DNA of 64,000 bases, from assembly GCF_030028105.1 (NCBI RefSeq), contig NC_092375.1:145823415-145887414 (forward strand). Direction: 5' to 3'. Each line of letters begins with the position of its first letter. The first letter of the stretch is position 1. The translations under genes and the position numbers were made by a program. Under the pieces are notes generated by a model. That model did no database searches. It was not told where the DNA came from and saw nothing but the letters and a program-made list of their open reading frames with translations. Below, piece after piece: positions 13,501 to 24,195 of the stretch. The stretch is from Mobula birostris. Its lineage: Eukaryota.

Positions 13501-14941
13501 AAATTAGCTCAAGCGAAGATGAAGATTTGGTATGATAAGGAAGCTAGGATGAGATCATTTAAGCCTGGAGATAAGGTGTTGGTTCTTTTCCCAGTGCAAA
13601 CGAACCTATTACAAGCTAAATTTCATGGTCCTTATGAGATTAAGTCTAAGGTAAATGATGTAGATTACGTGATAAAAACCCCAGATCGGAGAAAGACACC
13701 ACAGCTGTGTCATATAAATATGATAAAACCGTATTATGAGAGAGAAGCTGCTACTATGATTGTTGTGATCAATAATGAGTCTGATCTTGAAAAAAACTTA
13801 ATGGAGGATTCATCTGAAACTAATTTTAAACCCAACATTACTCTAGCCAGGTTACCAAATTCAAAAATTCTAGAAAATATTGATGAAAAATTAGCTCATT
13901 TCCAGCCAGAGCAGAGAGAGCAGATGAAATAGTTAATTTTTAAATATAGAGATTTATTTCCATACGTCCCTAGAAGAACCACTGTAGCTACACATGATGT
14001 AGATGTTGGAGATACAAAACCCATAAAACAACATCAGTATCGAATGAACAGGGAAAAATGTGAACTTGCTGGAGAAGAAATTAAATATATGTTAGAGAAT
14101 GATATTATTAGACATTCTAATTCAAATTGGAGTTCAATATGTGTTATGGTGCCTAAGCCAGACAATAGTATTAGGTTTTGTACAGATTACAGGAAGGTAA
14201 ATGCTGTGACAAAAACTGATGCATATCCAATCCCTAGGGTAGATGATTGTGTGAATAAAGTTGGACAAGCCAAATTCCTTACAAAAATTGATTTGTTAAA
14301 AGGTTATTGGTGTGTTCCATTGACGGATAGAGGTAGAGAGATTTCAGCATTTGTAACCCCATCTGGGTTATATGAATATAATGTTCTTCCATTTGGGATG
14401 AAGAATGCACCAGGTACATTTCAGAGGATAATTAATAGCATGATTCGGGGATTAAAAGATACGGATGCCTATATTGATGATTTAGTTACAGGAAATACTA
14501 CGTGGAAAGCAAATAGTACTGCGGTGGAGAAACTATTTGAGAGACTTTCAAAAGCTAACTTAACTATTAACTTAGCTAAAAGTGAATTTGGTCATGCCAC
14601 TGTGACCGTTAAGGAAAAGGATTAAGGAAATTAAACTCCAATTTAATAATTCAGTTTAATGTTACAGGAGTGCGATATTTTGATCACTCATATTAAGGGT
14701 AAAGATGATGTGATCGCAGATTGTTTATCTAGATGTTAAATGTACAATGAAAATTTGTTTTTATGGAGTGGTATTTTAACATTTGTAACGCTCCTACTGT
14801 ACATTATTTTGTAATGTGCTAAAAGATAAGACAGTATATATTGTGTATGTTGTAAATTTTATACCTTTGTATTTTTTTTTGTAAATTGTTAATTGTTAAA
14901 ATTTTGTTCTTTAAGAGACCAAATTTTTTTTTGGAGGGAGA

Positions 14942-15832
14942 TGTTACATACCTCAAGGAGATCTGTGATTTTTTTTTGTGAGAATGCTGTAATGGTCTTT
15001 TGGAGGTAACCTGATGTAATTTTCCCGCCGATGTGAGGTCACGTGATGACATGTGCACCACGGGTATATAAGGGAAGACCCCAGATGACGCAGTTAGTTT
15101 TTAGCTTTTAGATTTCCAACTAAAATGTACTGTGTCTCCGTTTCTGTTGCGGATTTGTTTTTAAGATGTAGTTTCATTTTTAAAACGGAGTGTACGTTCT
15201 GTTGCAAGGTACAATAGTACTGGACTGGAAATTTTTGTTAGATGTATTGATGTACCTTATTCCAGCAGTAGTACAGGAGAGTGAAGACTTTATCGAAGTA
15301 CAAGACCCGAAGGATTGAGAGGAGTCGGTATCGTTCAGCAGTTTAACAAAGGATCAAACTTATTGAGTCTTCGTTGAAGGAGTAGTGACCGGCATCGAAG
15401 ACAACTCTGGCCAAAAGAGCAAAGAGTTCATGCAAGGTTTGCTCTCTAGAATTTAAGGTCAATTGTTTTAAACTGTTTATTTCCTGCATCGTGAATCCTT
15501 TGGACAGAACCAGCAGGAAATTCACATCTATGAAGAAATCCTTCTCCAGAGAATTCTCTCCCAATTGAACGTATAAACCTGTTGGACTTTCGAATTTTCG
15601 TTTTCAGAACTATTCTGACTTTACCAGTTTAAGAACTGTTTTCACATTTAACACTTTAAGAACGATGATTGTTGAACAACGAGTGACGATTTGTTGAACG
15701 GCTGCATAGTGGTTAACTTCTGGTTAAGGTTTTCATTTGTTTTTTTCAATCATTTATCCATGTTTAATAAATGTTTGGTTGTTTTTATATAACCTGTCTC
15801 GATTGATATTCATTGTTGCCAGTTACCGAACA
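14942..15832 (+). repeat. 3' LTR of the Gmr1-type element
   Basis: Direct repeat of 9651-10515 with scattered substitutions and small indels. Confidence 0.95.
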
Positions 15833-15837
15833 GGTAG

Positions 15838-16199
15838 CACCTGCAAGGGTTCCTGCTCAGGATACGAGCGAAGGCCAACGGCAGATCCAGCAGGTTCAGT
15901 AACTGAATTTATAACGGAGAAGACGGATGAGCCAGGACCTCAAATGTCAATGGCTATAGTACAGGCAGATGAACATTTGGGAAGAGAAATGGCGATTTCT
16001 TCTGTTCGCCTATTGGAAGGCAATGACAAAAAACTGTTGCTCCGTTTCCTGGAATCTATTTGCTAAGAAAACAATGGTGAAACTCACAAAATGTATCACG
16101 CAGCAACAGCGTCAAGAGGGTCTTCAAGACAATTCTGAAGATGCTTTGCTCTGTATGATTGATTCTGGGCAGTAGGGGATCCCTGACCGTCATCAAACT
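15838..16199 (+). mobile_element. Inverted 5' segment of the RTE LINE, part 2
   Basis: Contains a GGAAGGCAATGACAAA...TTGCTAAGAAAAC motif resembling RTE/BovB 5' regions; bounded by the Gypsy and L1 TSDs. Confidence 0.6.
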
Positions 16200-19100
16200 T
16201 CTTTTCTTTAACAATCTTTTTTATTGAGTTTTAAATTGATAAACATTACAATGATCATGAGACAAAGAGATCAGGATTGCATTAATAATGGTTAATGTAT
16301 ACAGGCACAGACTCCGATAACATATTTAATTTAAACCTCCCAATCTCTTAATAACTGAACATGAAAAAGAATCAAAACAATTTTTAACCCCCACAGTAAA
16401 AAAAAACAAGACAAAACAAAACAAAACAAAGACTGGGCTGCCATATTTCATCGGTTAAGATCATTATTTGTCATTAACTCTGCTCCTCTATACACAAACA
16501 AAAAGTTATTAAAAAGGATTCGGAAAGGGTCAACTTAGATCATATGAAAATGTTGAATAAATGGCCTCCAAGTTTCTTCAAATTTAACCGATGGATTAAT
16601 GGTACCACTCCTAATTATTTCCAAATTTAAGCATGTTATAGTTTGAGAAAACCATTGAAATGTAGTAGGGGGATTGGAATATTTCCATTTAAGTAAAATG
16701 GATCTTCTGGCTATTATTGTAACAAAAGCAATCAAACGACAAGCTGAAGGGGATAAATGACTAAAGTCTATCATTGGTAGTCCAAAAATTGCAGTAATAG
16801 GATGAGGTTGTAAATCAATATGCAAAGCTACTGAAATAATATCAAAAATGTCTTTCCAATATTTTTTCAAAAGAGAGCAAGACCAGAACATATGTGTCAA
16901 GGAAGCTACCTCAGAATTACATCTGTCACAGACAGGATTTATATGACCATAAAAACGAGCTAACTTACCCTTAGACATATGAGCCCTATGAACCACCGTA
17001 AATTATATCAAAGTGTGTCTAGCACACATTGAAGAAGTGTTGAGTGGTTGGAGAATTTTCTCCCATTTCTCTGCGGGTAAAGATACCTGAAGTTCTCTTT
17101 CCCATGCATTCTTAATTTTATCAGACACACCTAAATGTATTTTCATAATTAAATCATAAACAATTGCTACTAAACTCTTCTGATAGGGGTTTAAACCTAA
17201 AATGTTTTCTGTAATTTCAGTTTGATGTGATAGTGGAAAAGTAGGTAAGATAACCTTCAAAAAGTTTCTAATCTGTAAATATCTGAAAAAAATGTGATCT
17301 AGGCAAATTATATTTATTAGACAACTGTTCAAAGGACATGAGACAATTATCCATGAATAATCACGAACACATATTATTCCCTTCATTTTCCATAAAAGAA
17401 AAGCTTGATCAGTTCTGGATGGTTGGGAGAAAAAAATGGATATAATAGGACTTGATAAGATAAATTTATTCAATCCATAAAATTTACGTAATTGAAACCA
17501 TATTCGTATTGTATGTTTAATTATTGGATTAATCGTTTGTTTATTTATTCATTTTAGTAAATGCAAAGGGAAGCGAAGCCCCTAAAATAGAAGCCAACGA
17601 GAACCCCTGTACACTTGAGGTTCACCCATCGTGGACATTGAATTTCATCCAGATCTTGTGTCCAAGAACATTAGGTATTGAATATTAATTGCCCAATAAT
17701 AGAATCTAAAATTCGGCAATGCCAAAATGCCATCCTTTTTTGATTTCTGTAAATATTTCTTAATTAATCTAGGATTTTTATTCCGCCATATATATGAAGA
17801 AATTTCATATCAAAAAATATCAAAAAAAGATTTAGAGATAAAGATTAGTACCACCTGAAATAGATACAGAAATTTAAGTAAAATAATCATCTTAATAGCA
17901 TTGATTCAACCAAACAATGATAGGAACAATGGGGACCATTTAGTAAGCAGTTGTTTAACATGATCAATTAAGGGTAAAAAGTTAACTTTAAATAGATCCT
18001 TATGCTTCTTAGTAATCTTAACATCCAAATAAGTAAAATAATCAGTAATTGTCTATAAATTGGAACTTGTATATTTAATGGAAAAAGCTCACTCTTATTT
18101 AGATTAAATTTATAACCAGAAAAACTACTAAACTGAGCGTGTAGTAATATTACTGCAGAGATGGATTTCTCTGTATTAGAGATATATAGTAACAGATCAT
18201 CTGCATATAATGATATCTTACGCGACTCATTCCCACAATAATGCCAAATATATTGGGTGAATCACGAAGAGCGATTGCTAAGTGCTCCAAGGCAATATCA
18301 AATAGTAAAGGGATTAAAGGACAGCTCTGTCTAGTACCTCAAAAAAGCCTAAAAAAGGGAGATCTCTGATTATTAGTAAGTACAGAAGCCAAAGGTATAT
18401 GATATACCAATTTAGTCCAAGACATGAATTTTGGGCTAAAATTAAATTTCTCAAGGATGTTAAATAAGTATTCCCATTCAACTCTGTCAAACGCTTTCTC
18501 GGCGTCAAGTGAAATAACACACTCTGGAGTTTTAGATGGAGAAGTATAAACAATGTTCATCAGCCTCCTAACATTAAAATACGAAAAACAATTTTTAATA
18601 AATCCTGTCTGGTCGTCAGAAACAATTTATAGCAATACATTTTCCAATCTAATTGCTAATATTTTGGAAAGAATTTTGGAGTCCACATTTAACAAAGATA
18701 TAGGTCTATATGATGCACATTCAGTGGGGTCTTTATCTTTTTTAGGAATTAAAGAAATAGATACTTCACAAAAAGATTGTGGTAATTTACCTGCAGATAA
18801 GGCATCCTTAAAAATTCTACATAATCAAGGAGAAAGTAGACTTGAAAAAGATTTTAAAAAATTCTACTGTATACCCATCCAGGCCGGGTGCTTTACCAGA
18901 ATTCTTCAAAGAAATTGCTTTCTTTATTTCTTCTTCCTTGATGGGTGCATGAATGTTAAACATTCATTAAGTGGTAATTTCAGAATATTCAATTTTCTTA
19001 AAATTTCATGCGTTATGGTAGAATCGTCAGGAAATTCTGATTGATATAAAGAGGTATAGAATTCTTGAAAAGATTTATTAATTTCATCATGATCAACCAT

Positions 19101-21963
19101 CAAAATACCATCCCGTTTACGAACTCTAATAATCTGACGTTTAACTGAAGTAGCTTTCAATTCGTTGGCCAGTAATTTACCCGATTTATCACCATTTATA
19201 TAAAATTGACTCTTAGATTTATGTAATTAATTTTCAATTGGGGATGTTAATAACAAATTGTGTTGCATCTGAAGTTCAACTCTCTTTTTGTAAAGCTCCA
19301 AATTAGAAGCAGAAGAATTTTTTTTATCACTTTCTTTAATCTTTTCAACCAATGCACATATTTCATTATTAATTCATTTTTTCAATCCAGTAGAATATGA
19401 AATAATTTGCCCACGGATATATCCTTTAAAAGTGTCCCATAATATCCCACTGGAAATTTCTTCCATAAAATTAGTTGAGAAAAGGGCATCTCTTCTTTAA
19501 TAAAGTTAACAAAATTTAAGTCCTGAAGCAGAATAGAATTGAACCGCTATTGTCTAGCACTGAAAGTTACATCAGTTAATTTCATTGATAGGTTCAGGGG
19601 CGCATGCTCAGAAACGGCAATTGCATCATACTTCACAGGGAGTAACAGATGAAAATAATCGAGAGTCAATGAAAAAGTAATCAATTCTGGAGTAATTATG
19701 ATGTACATGAGAAAAGAATGAGAACTCTTTATTGTTAGGATATGAAAATCTCCAAACTTCTAAAATTTCAGAATCAATTAAAAAGGAGTTAATAAAAATA
19801 GTGGATTTGTCTGGAAGTACCTGACTGGGCACAGACCTGTCCATTGACGGATTCAAGCAACAATTAAAATCTCCGCCCATTATCAACCTATATTCATTTA
19901 AATCAGGAAGAGGTGCAAATAAATGTTTCAAAATTTGGGATAATCGGTGTTTGGTGCATAGATATTAACCATAACAACTTTTTAGTTATAAAGTAAACCA
20001 GTAATTACCATTCAGGTCTGAAATTGTTTCATAGTGAACAAATGAAATTGAGGAATCTATAAAAATAGGTACTCCTTTCACCTTAGCCTGTGAATTAGAG
20101 TGGAATAGTTAGTCTTCCCAAATCCTAAAAAAAAATGCTGATTATCTTCCTTCCTTACACGAGTCTCTTGGGCAAAGATAATCTCAGCATTCATTCTATG
20201 AAAAACTTTTAAAATCTTCTTCCGTTTAATCGGATGATTCAAACCAATCATATTCCATGAAACAAAATTAATAATATTATCCATTGTACTTGAATTAAAC
20301 CATATGGTGATAAAAGGATTAACTTTACTGCATAGGAAACTCATGAATCAGAAAGAGGGAAAAGGGTTTAAAGAGGAACGGAAAGTTATGACAATTCAGA
20401 CATATTTGTAGTCTCAGATCAACCCAGATAGAAAAAAATCAAACTAAAAATAGCTCCACCCCTCACTCACAAAGACCCAGAAACTGGCCAATAGACAGCC
20501 AGATAACTAACTAGACACTTCCCTACCCCCATCTCCCTTGAAGGCAAGTCTCCAATGAAAAGAAATACAAAATGCCACCCGCAGTCAAAACATTGAGAAG
20601 AGAATGCCATAAAAAACCCAAACAAATGTTTAAAAAAACAGCTTTTTACAAAATATTTTGAAAGGCAAGATCTTGGAAAGTGAAACAGAATACAATCTTA
20701 TTATTATTTCAAGAAAGAAAAATCAATCACCAAATCAGATTCTTATTTTCAAAAACAATTGAAAATAATACAATAAAATAACAAAGGGAGAGAAAAAAGG
20801 AACTTTAACATAAAAGCATGATAAATATCAATACTCCAAAACAAAGTATGAGCATTATCAAACCAAAGGCAAAATTCTTCAGACTTTAAAAGTTCAAATC
20901 TATGAACAGGTTATTAACTTATAAACAAGTGAATACATACATAAAAAAAACAGTAAATTAATTAGACGTCAGAGCTCGAACTTTGATCCTCAAGAAATTA
21001 ATATACTTTGTCCATGGATTTAAACCATTTACGCAATTTATCAGGCAGAACAACCCTTAGGTGAGCTGGAAATAGCAGGGATGGTCGAAAATTTCTTTGA
21101 TATAACTCAGTTATCACCGTTTTTAAAAGCGATCTTTGTTGCATTACCTCAGAATGGTAGTCTTCAACCAGACAAAATTTGAGATCTCCATGTATAATAA
21201 TCCCTTTCTGACAAGCAATTCAAATTAAATGCTCCTTAATGTGCACATAGTGAAATCGAAGTATCACAGTTTGAGGTTTTAACTCTTTAGGGGGTTTAGA
21301 TCTTAAAGACCGGTGGGCACAATCAAGTATTAGGGGAGGAGAAAAAACATCAGAGCCAAACACCTGCATTAAAAATTGAGAAAAAAATTTAGTAAGATCA
21401 CCACTCTCGACGTCTTCACTGGGTCCTATTATTCACAAATTCTATCTCCGACTATGACACTCCAAGTCAATAATCCTGACTTTATACTTTTCCAATGTTT
21501 AAGTGTTCGAAGTTAATATCTTTTCCAATAAATTCAATCTGCGATCTCTCTGTCTCCAAGCTTCAACGAGTTCAGAAATTTGTCGCTGTTGTTTTTCGCT
21601 CTCCTGCTTAAGTATTGCCAATCTACCTTCTATCTCCTTTAACAATACTTCCAAAGTTAGCAAATCTTTTATCTTTTTTATCATCCAGGAACTTCGAGAT
21701 AGCCTCCAAAGTAAGTTGAGACTGTTTTGGCTGTTCAAAAGCACCTTCTTTCTTTCCATTTCCATTACCGACTTCCTTGCCTTCAGCTAATGCCTTTTTG
21801 CCTCTGGTAGTCATTTCAATCGATTAAAAATCAAAATTCAAGCATATAAAAATGTTATAAACACTTTAATATAAATAGTAAAAGGGTGGTAAAAAGACAG
21901 AAAAATGAACGGAGCAGAGCCAAAATGCAATCTACTCCATCTAGTGCCCTCAAGCGAGTCCTG
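16200..21963 (-). mobile_element. Near full-length L1-clade LINE (ORF1 + ORF2), degenerate
   Basis: ORF1 coiled-coil remnants from 21814 to ~20960. ORF2 from ~20284 (INFVSWNMIGLNHPIKRKK, GGDFN, YSRIDYFF, SLDAEKAFDRVEW, LYADD) ends in the zinc knuckle CDRC...LTHMFWSC (stop at 16535). AATAAA and A-rich tail at 16200-16225. TSD CATCAA(A/G)CT at 16191-16199 and 21964-21972. Confidence 0.9.
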
Positions 21964-22079
21964 CATCAAGCTACTGCTTATAAAATTCAAGTAACACAAA
22001 ACAAAATTTTACCACTTGGAATGTAAGAACCCTATACCAAACAGGAAAATTGGACAATGTGATAAATGAAATGGAAAGA
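21964..22079 (+). mobile_element. Inverted 5' segment of the RTE LINE, part 3 (APE N-terminus)
   Basis: Encodes TTWNVRTLYQTGKLDNVINEMER on +. 22059-22079 is the exact reverse complement of 9510-9530. Confidence 0.85.
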
Positions 22080-22232
22080 GGTGAACATACAAACTTGTTA
22101 AAGACAACGTATGAATTGAACCTGAATCACTGGTGCTGTATTGCATTACGCTAACACCTATGCTACTGTGCTGCCCCAGAATCTGCAGCTGGATTTTGAA
22201 AGAAAATTTTTTGAAACATCTCTATGACAGAC

Positions 22233-22756
22233 TGTTAAGGATCCGGTCTGAACACTGGGTCAAAGGGCCTCTGTTGGTAGCTCTGGATCACGACAGTCTT
22301 TAATTTCTGTTTTCTTTCACCTGGCCACGTGGGTTCTGGCCCAGCCCCTTTCCTTTTTGGACTTCCTCCAATTACCTGCTTGTCTCCTCATTTGCACCCA
22401 CCTGTGTCTAATTTTCACTCATTACCCTGTCCATTTAAACCCCGCCTTGACTAGCATTCTCTGCCAGTTCGTCCCAGTTCTGACCTGTGTTGTTCTAGCC
22501 TGTCATTGTGACTTCTGCCAACTGATTTTGCCTGATTCTGTGTTTTGGATTTTGCCTGATCCTGGACCTGATTTTTGCCTGTGCACTCTGGATTGTCTGC
22601 CCTCGCCTGACTGCCTTTCCTGGTAAGACCTCTGCCTGCCATTTTGGATTTGTGCCTGCCTTCTGTTTTTGAAAGACTGTTGCCTTTGTGCTCCCTAATA
22701 AATCCTGGTGAAAAAGTATTCATTGGTCTGCACTTGAGTCCCACCAAAACCTGACA
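22233..22756 (+). mobile_element. Solo LTR (524 bp)
   Basis: TG...CA ends, 5-bp TSD CAGAC/CAGAT (22228-22232, 22757-22761), AATAAA at 22697. Absent from the paralogous site at ~40202-40207. Confidence 0.85.
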
Positions 22757-22894
22757 CAGATGCCATCTCCTGGTCCTTACAGTGAGCCAGATTCAATAGC
22801 TCTGGGGTTTGCAGCTCCTCTCTCCTCTCTCATTGGCTTCCTCTGGGTGTCTTGATTTCCTTCCACATCACAAAGCTGTGCAGATTGGTACATT

Positions 22895-22982
22895 CAGGCA
22901 ACACACACACAATGCTGCTGCGTTCCACCAGCATTTTCTGTGTGTTGCTGGAATCTCCAGCATCTGCAGATTTCCTCGTGTT
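22895..22982 (+). mobile_element. 88-bp Penelope-like terminal fragment with a 16-bp TSD
   Basis: Flanked by perfect TGCAGATTGGTACATT repeats (22879-22894, 22983-22998); the paralog has a single copy at ~40324-40339. Internal inverted repeat present. Confidence 0.75.
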
Positions 22983-23199
22983 TGCAGATTGGTACATTAA
23001 TTGACCACTGCAAGTTGTCCCTGATGTGTAAATTTTGGTAAAATTCAGGACATATCTCGGCACTGCGACTGTTTGGAACTCGAGAATGATCCCTAGCAGA
23101 GAATGAAAAAGGCTGATTTCCTGCATTGTAGAATTAAATTGCCTGCTGCAAAACAAAAACAATCACTGGATCGCTGACACGTCTCGTATCCTCAGGTGC

Positions 23200-23304
23200 T
23201 TTTTCAGCATTCACGGGACATATGTTGTTTTCTGCTGACCTCAGGTTTCCATCATTTACATTACAAAGGCCTTGCTGGAAAAGCTTTTCTGTCCAGTATA
23301 TAAA
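23200..23304 (+). promoter_or_regulatory. Gamma-crystallin gene 1 proximal promoter (MARE-like, Sox-like, TATA)
   Basis: TATATAAA at 23297-23304, MARE-like TGCTGACCTCAG at 23233-23244 with an AT-rich 5' flank, reverse half-site TCAGCA at 23204-23209, and ACAAAG at 23263-23268. Confidence 0.7.
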
Positions 23305-23352
23305 TACCCAGTTAGTTACATGTAGTCAGTTGGTTATTGGTCGTACACCACA

Positions 23353-23361
23353 ATGGGAAAG
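23353..23361 (+). CDS. cryg: Gamma-crystallin gene 1, exon 1 (MGK)
   Basis: ACA ATG GGA AAG about 50 nt after the TATA box. The 9-nt first coding exon is typical of gamma-crystallins; the donor is GC (AAG|GCAAGA). Confidence 0.88.
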
Positions 23362-23445
23362 GCAAGACCACTCTTCATTTTGTGAATTATATTGTAACCA
23401 TCATTTGTCCTCAGTCTGATTTAAGCTATTTATTTCTGCCCACAG

Positions 23446-23688
23446 ATCATCTTCTACGAGGACAGGAACTTCCAGGGTCGGCACTATGAGTGCAGCTCCG
23501 ACTGTGCCGACCTCTCCCCTTACTTCAGCCGCTGTAACTCCATCCGTGTTGACAGTGACTGGTGGGTGTTGTACGAGAGACCCAACTACACGGGATACCA
23601 GTATGTCCTGAGCAGGGGAGAGTATCCTGAATACCAGCGCTGGATGGGATTTAATGACTGTATCAAGTCCTGTCGCAGCTACCCACCT
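23446..23688 (+). CDS. cryg: Gamma-crystallin gene 1, exon 2 (Greek keys 1-2)
   Basis: cacag|[81 protein letters not shown]|gtaagt; 243 nt, open. Confidence 0.97.
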
Positions 23689-24049
23689 GTAAGTTGCTGT
23701 TGGTGACTGAGGTATTCCAAGCAACTTGGCACGCTGCTAGAAAATGGCTGACATTTGCAATAATTACACTTGTGCACAAGCTCGTTCTCTGAAATGTTAA
23801 ACTGCTGTGAATGCTAGAGTTAGCTGCTGGCACTTGAAGTCAAGTTTGGAGTCAGTAGATATTTCTTGAAGGAGTCAACAGAAATGAAGTTGGTTCAGGA
23901 AAGTAGTGCATCTGGTGTGAAGGATGAATGTCCGATTGCTTTTGACAGATGGAGATGTATCCGTGATTGTGAGGGCACTGGGTAAAGAATGGGAATCGGG
24001 TTTATTATCACTGGCGTATGCATCACTGGCTTTTTATGCTGAACCGATG

Positions 24050-24195
24050 TCTACACATAAGATGCCGGAGGAACTCAGCCAGTCAGGCAGCATTTGTCAG
24101 TCCTGATAAACAGCCTCAAACTGAAATGTCTCCACAGATACTGTCTGACCCTTTGAGTTCCTCCAGCATTTTGTGTGCTCATCCAGATTCCAGAA
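24050..24195 (+). mobile_element. Degenerate Penelope-derived repeat in intron 2 (paralog ~41390-41535)
   Basis: GATGCCGGAGGAACTCAG...GAGTTCCTCCAGCATTTTGTG inverted arms around a decayed CTGATAA...GAAATGTC core. Confidence 0.5.

Larger units (their letters stand above)
9651..15832 (+). mobile_element. Gmr1-type Gypsy LTR retrotransposon (gag-PR-IN-RT order), degenerate
   Basis: LTRs at 9651-10515 and 14942-15832 (TGTTAC...AACA), 5-bp TSD GGTAG (9646-9650, 15833-15837), tRNA-Pro-type PBS TGGGGGCTCGTGGGAT (~10523), PPT GGAGGGAGA before the 3' LTR. Domains: protease LRDTGASQS (~12000), integrase HHCC and IQSDQGSNF (12334-13443), GPY motif, RT FCTDYRKVN...YIDD (14044-14625). RNase H is mostly deleted. 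Confidence 0.92.

Noticed and set aside
9531-15890. HDV-like ribozyme at the RTE 5' end (reconstructed across the Gypsy insertion; GCGAA near 15868)
   Set aside because: Some RTE elements carry one, but I could not assign P1, P3 and P1.1 pairings from this copy.
23401-23724. Antisense ORFs over crystallin exons and CR1/HERO RT (e.g. 25911-26099, 36298-36873, 59529-60305)
   Set aside because: Shadow ORFs of real coding strands.
24100-24130. Hammerhead ribozyme core in Penelope-derived repeats (also ~27750 and ~41441)
   Set aside because: The CTGATGA box is mutated (CTGATAA, CTGATGC) and stem II does not pair; these are relics at best.
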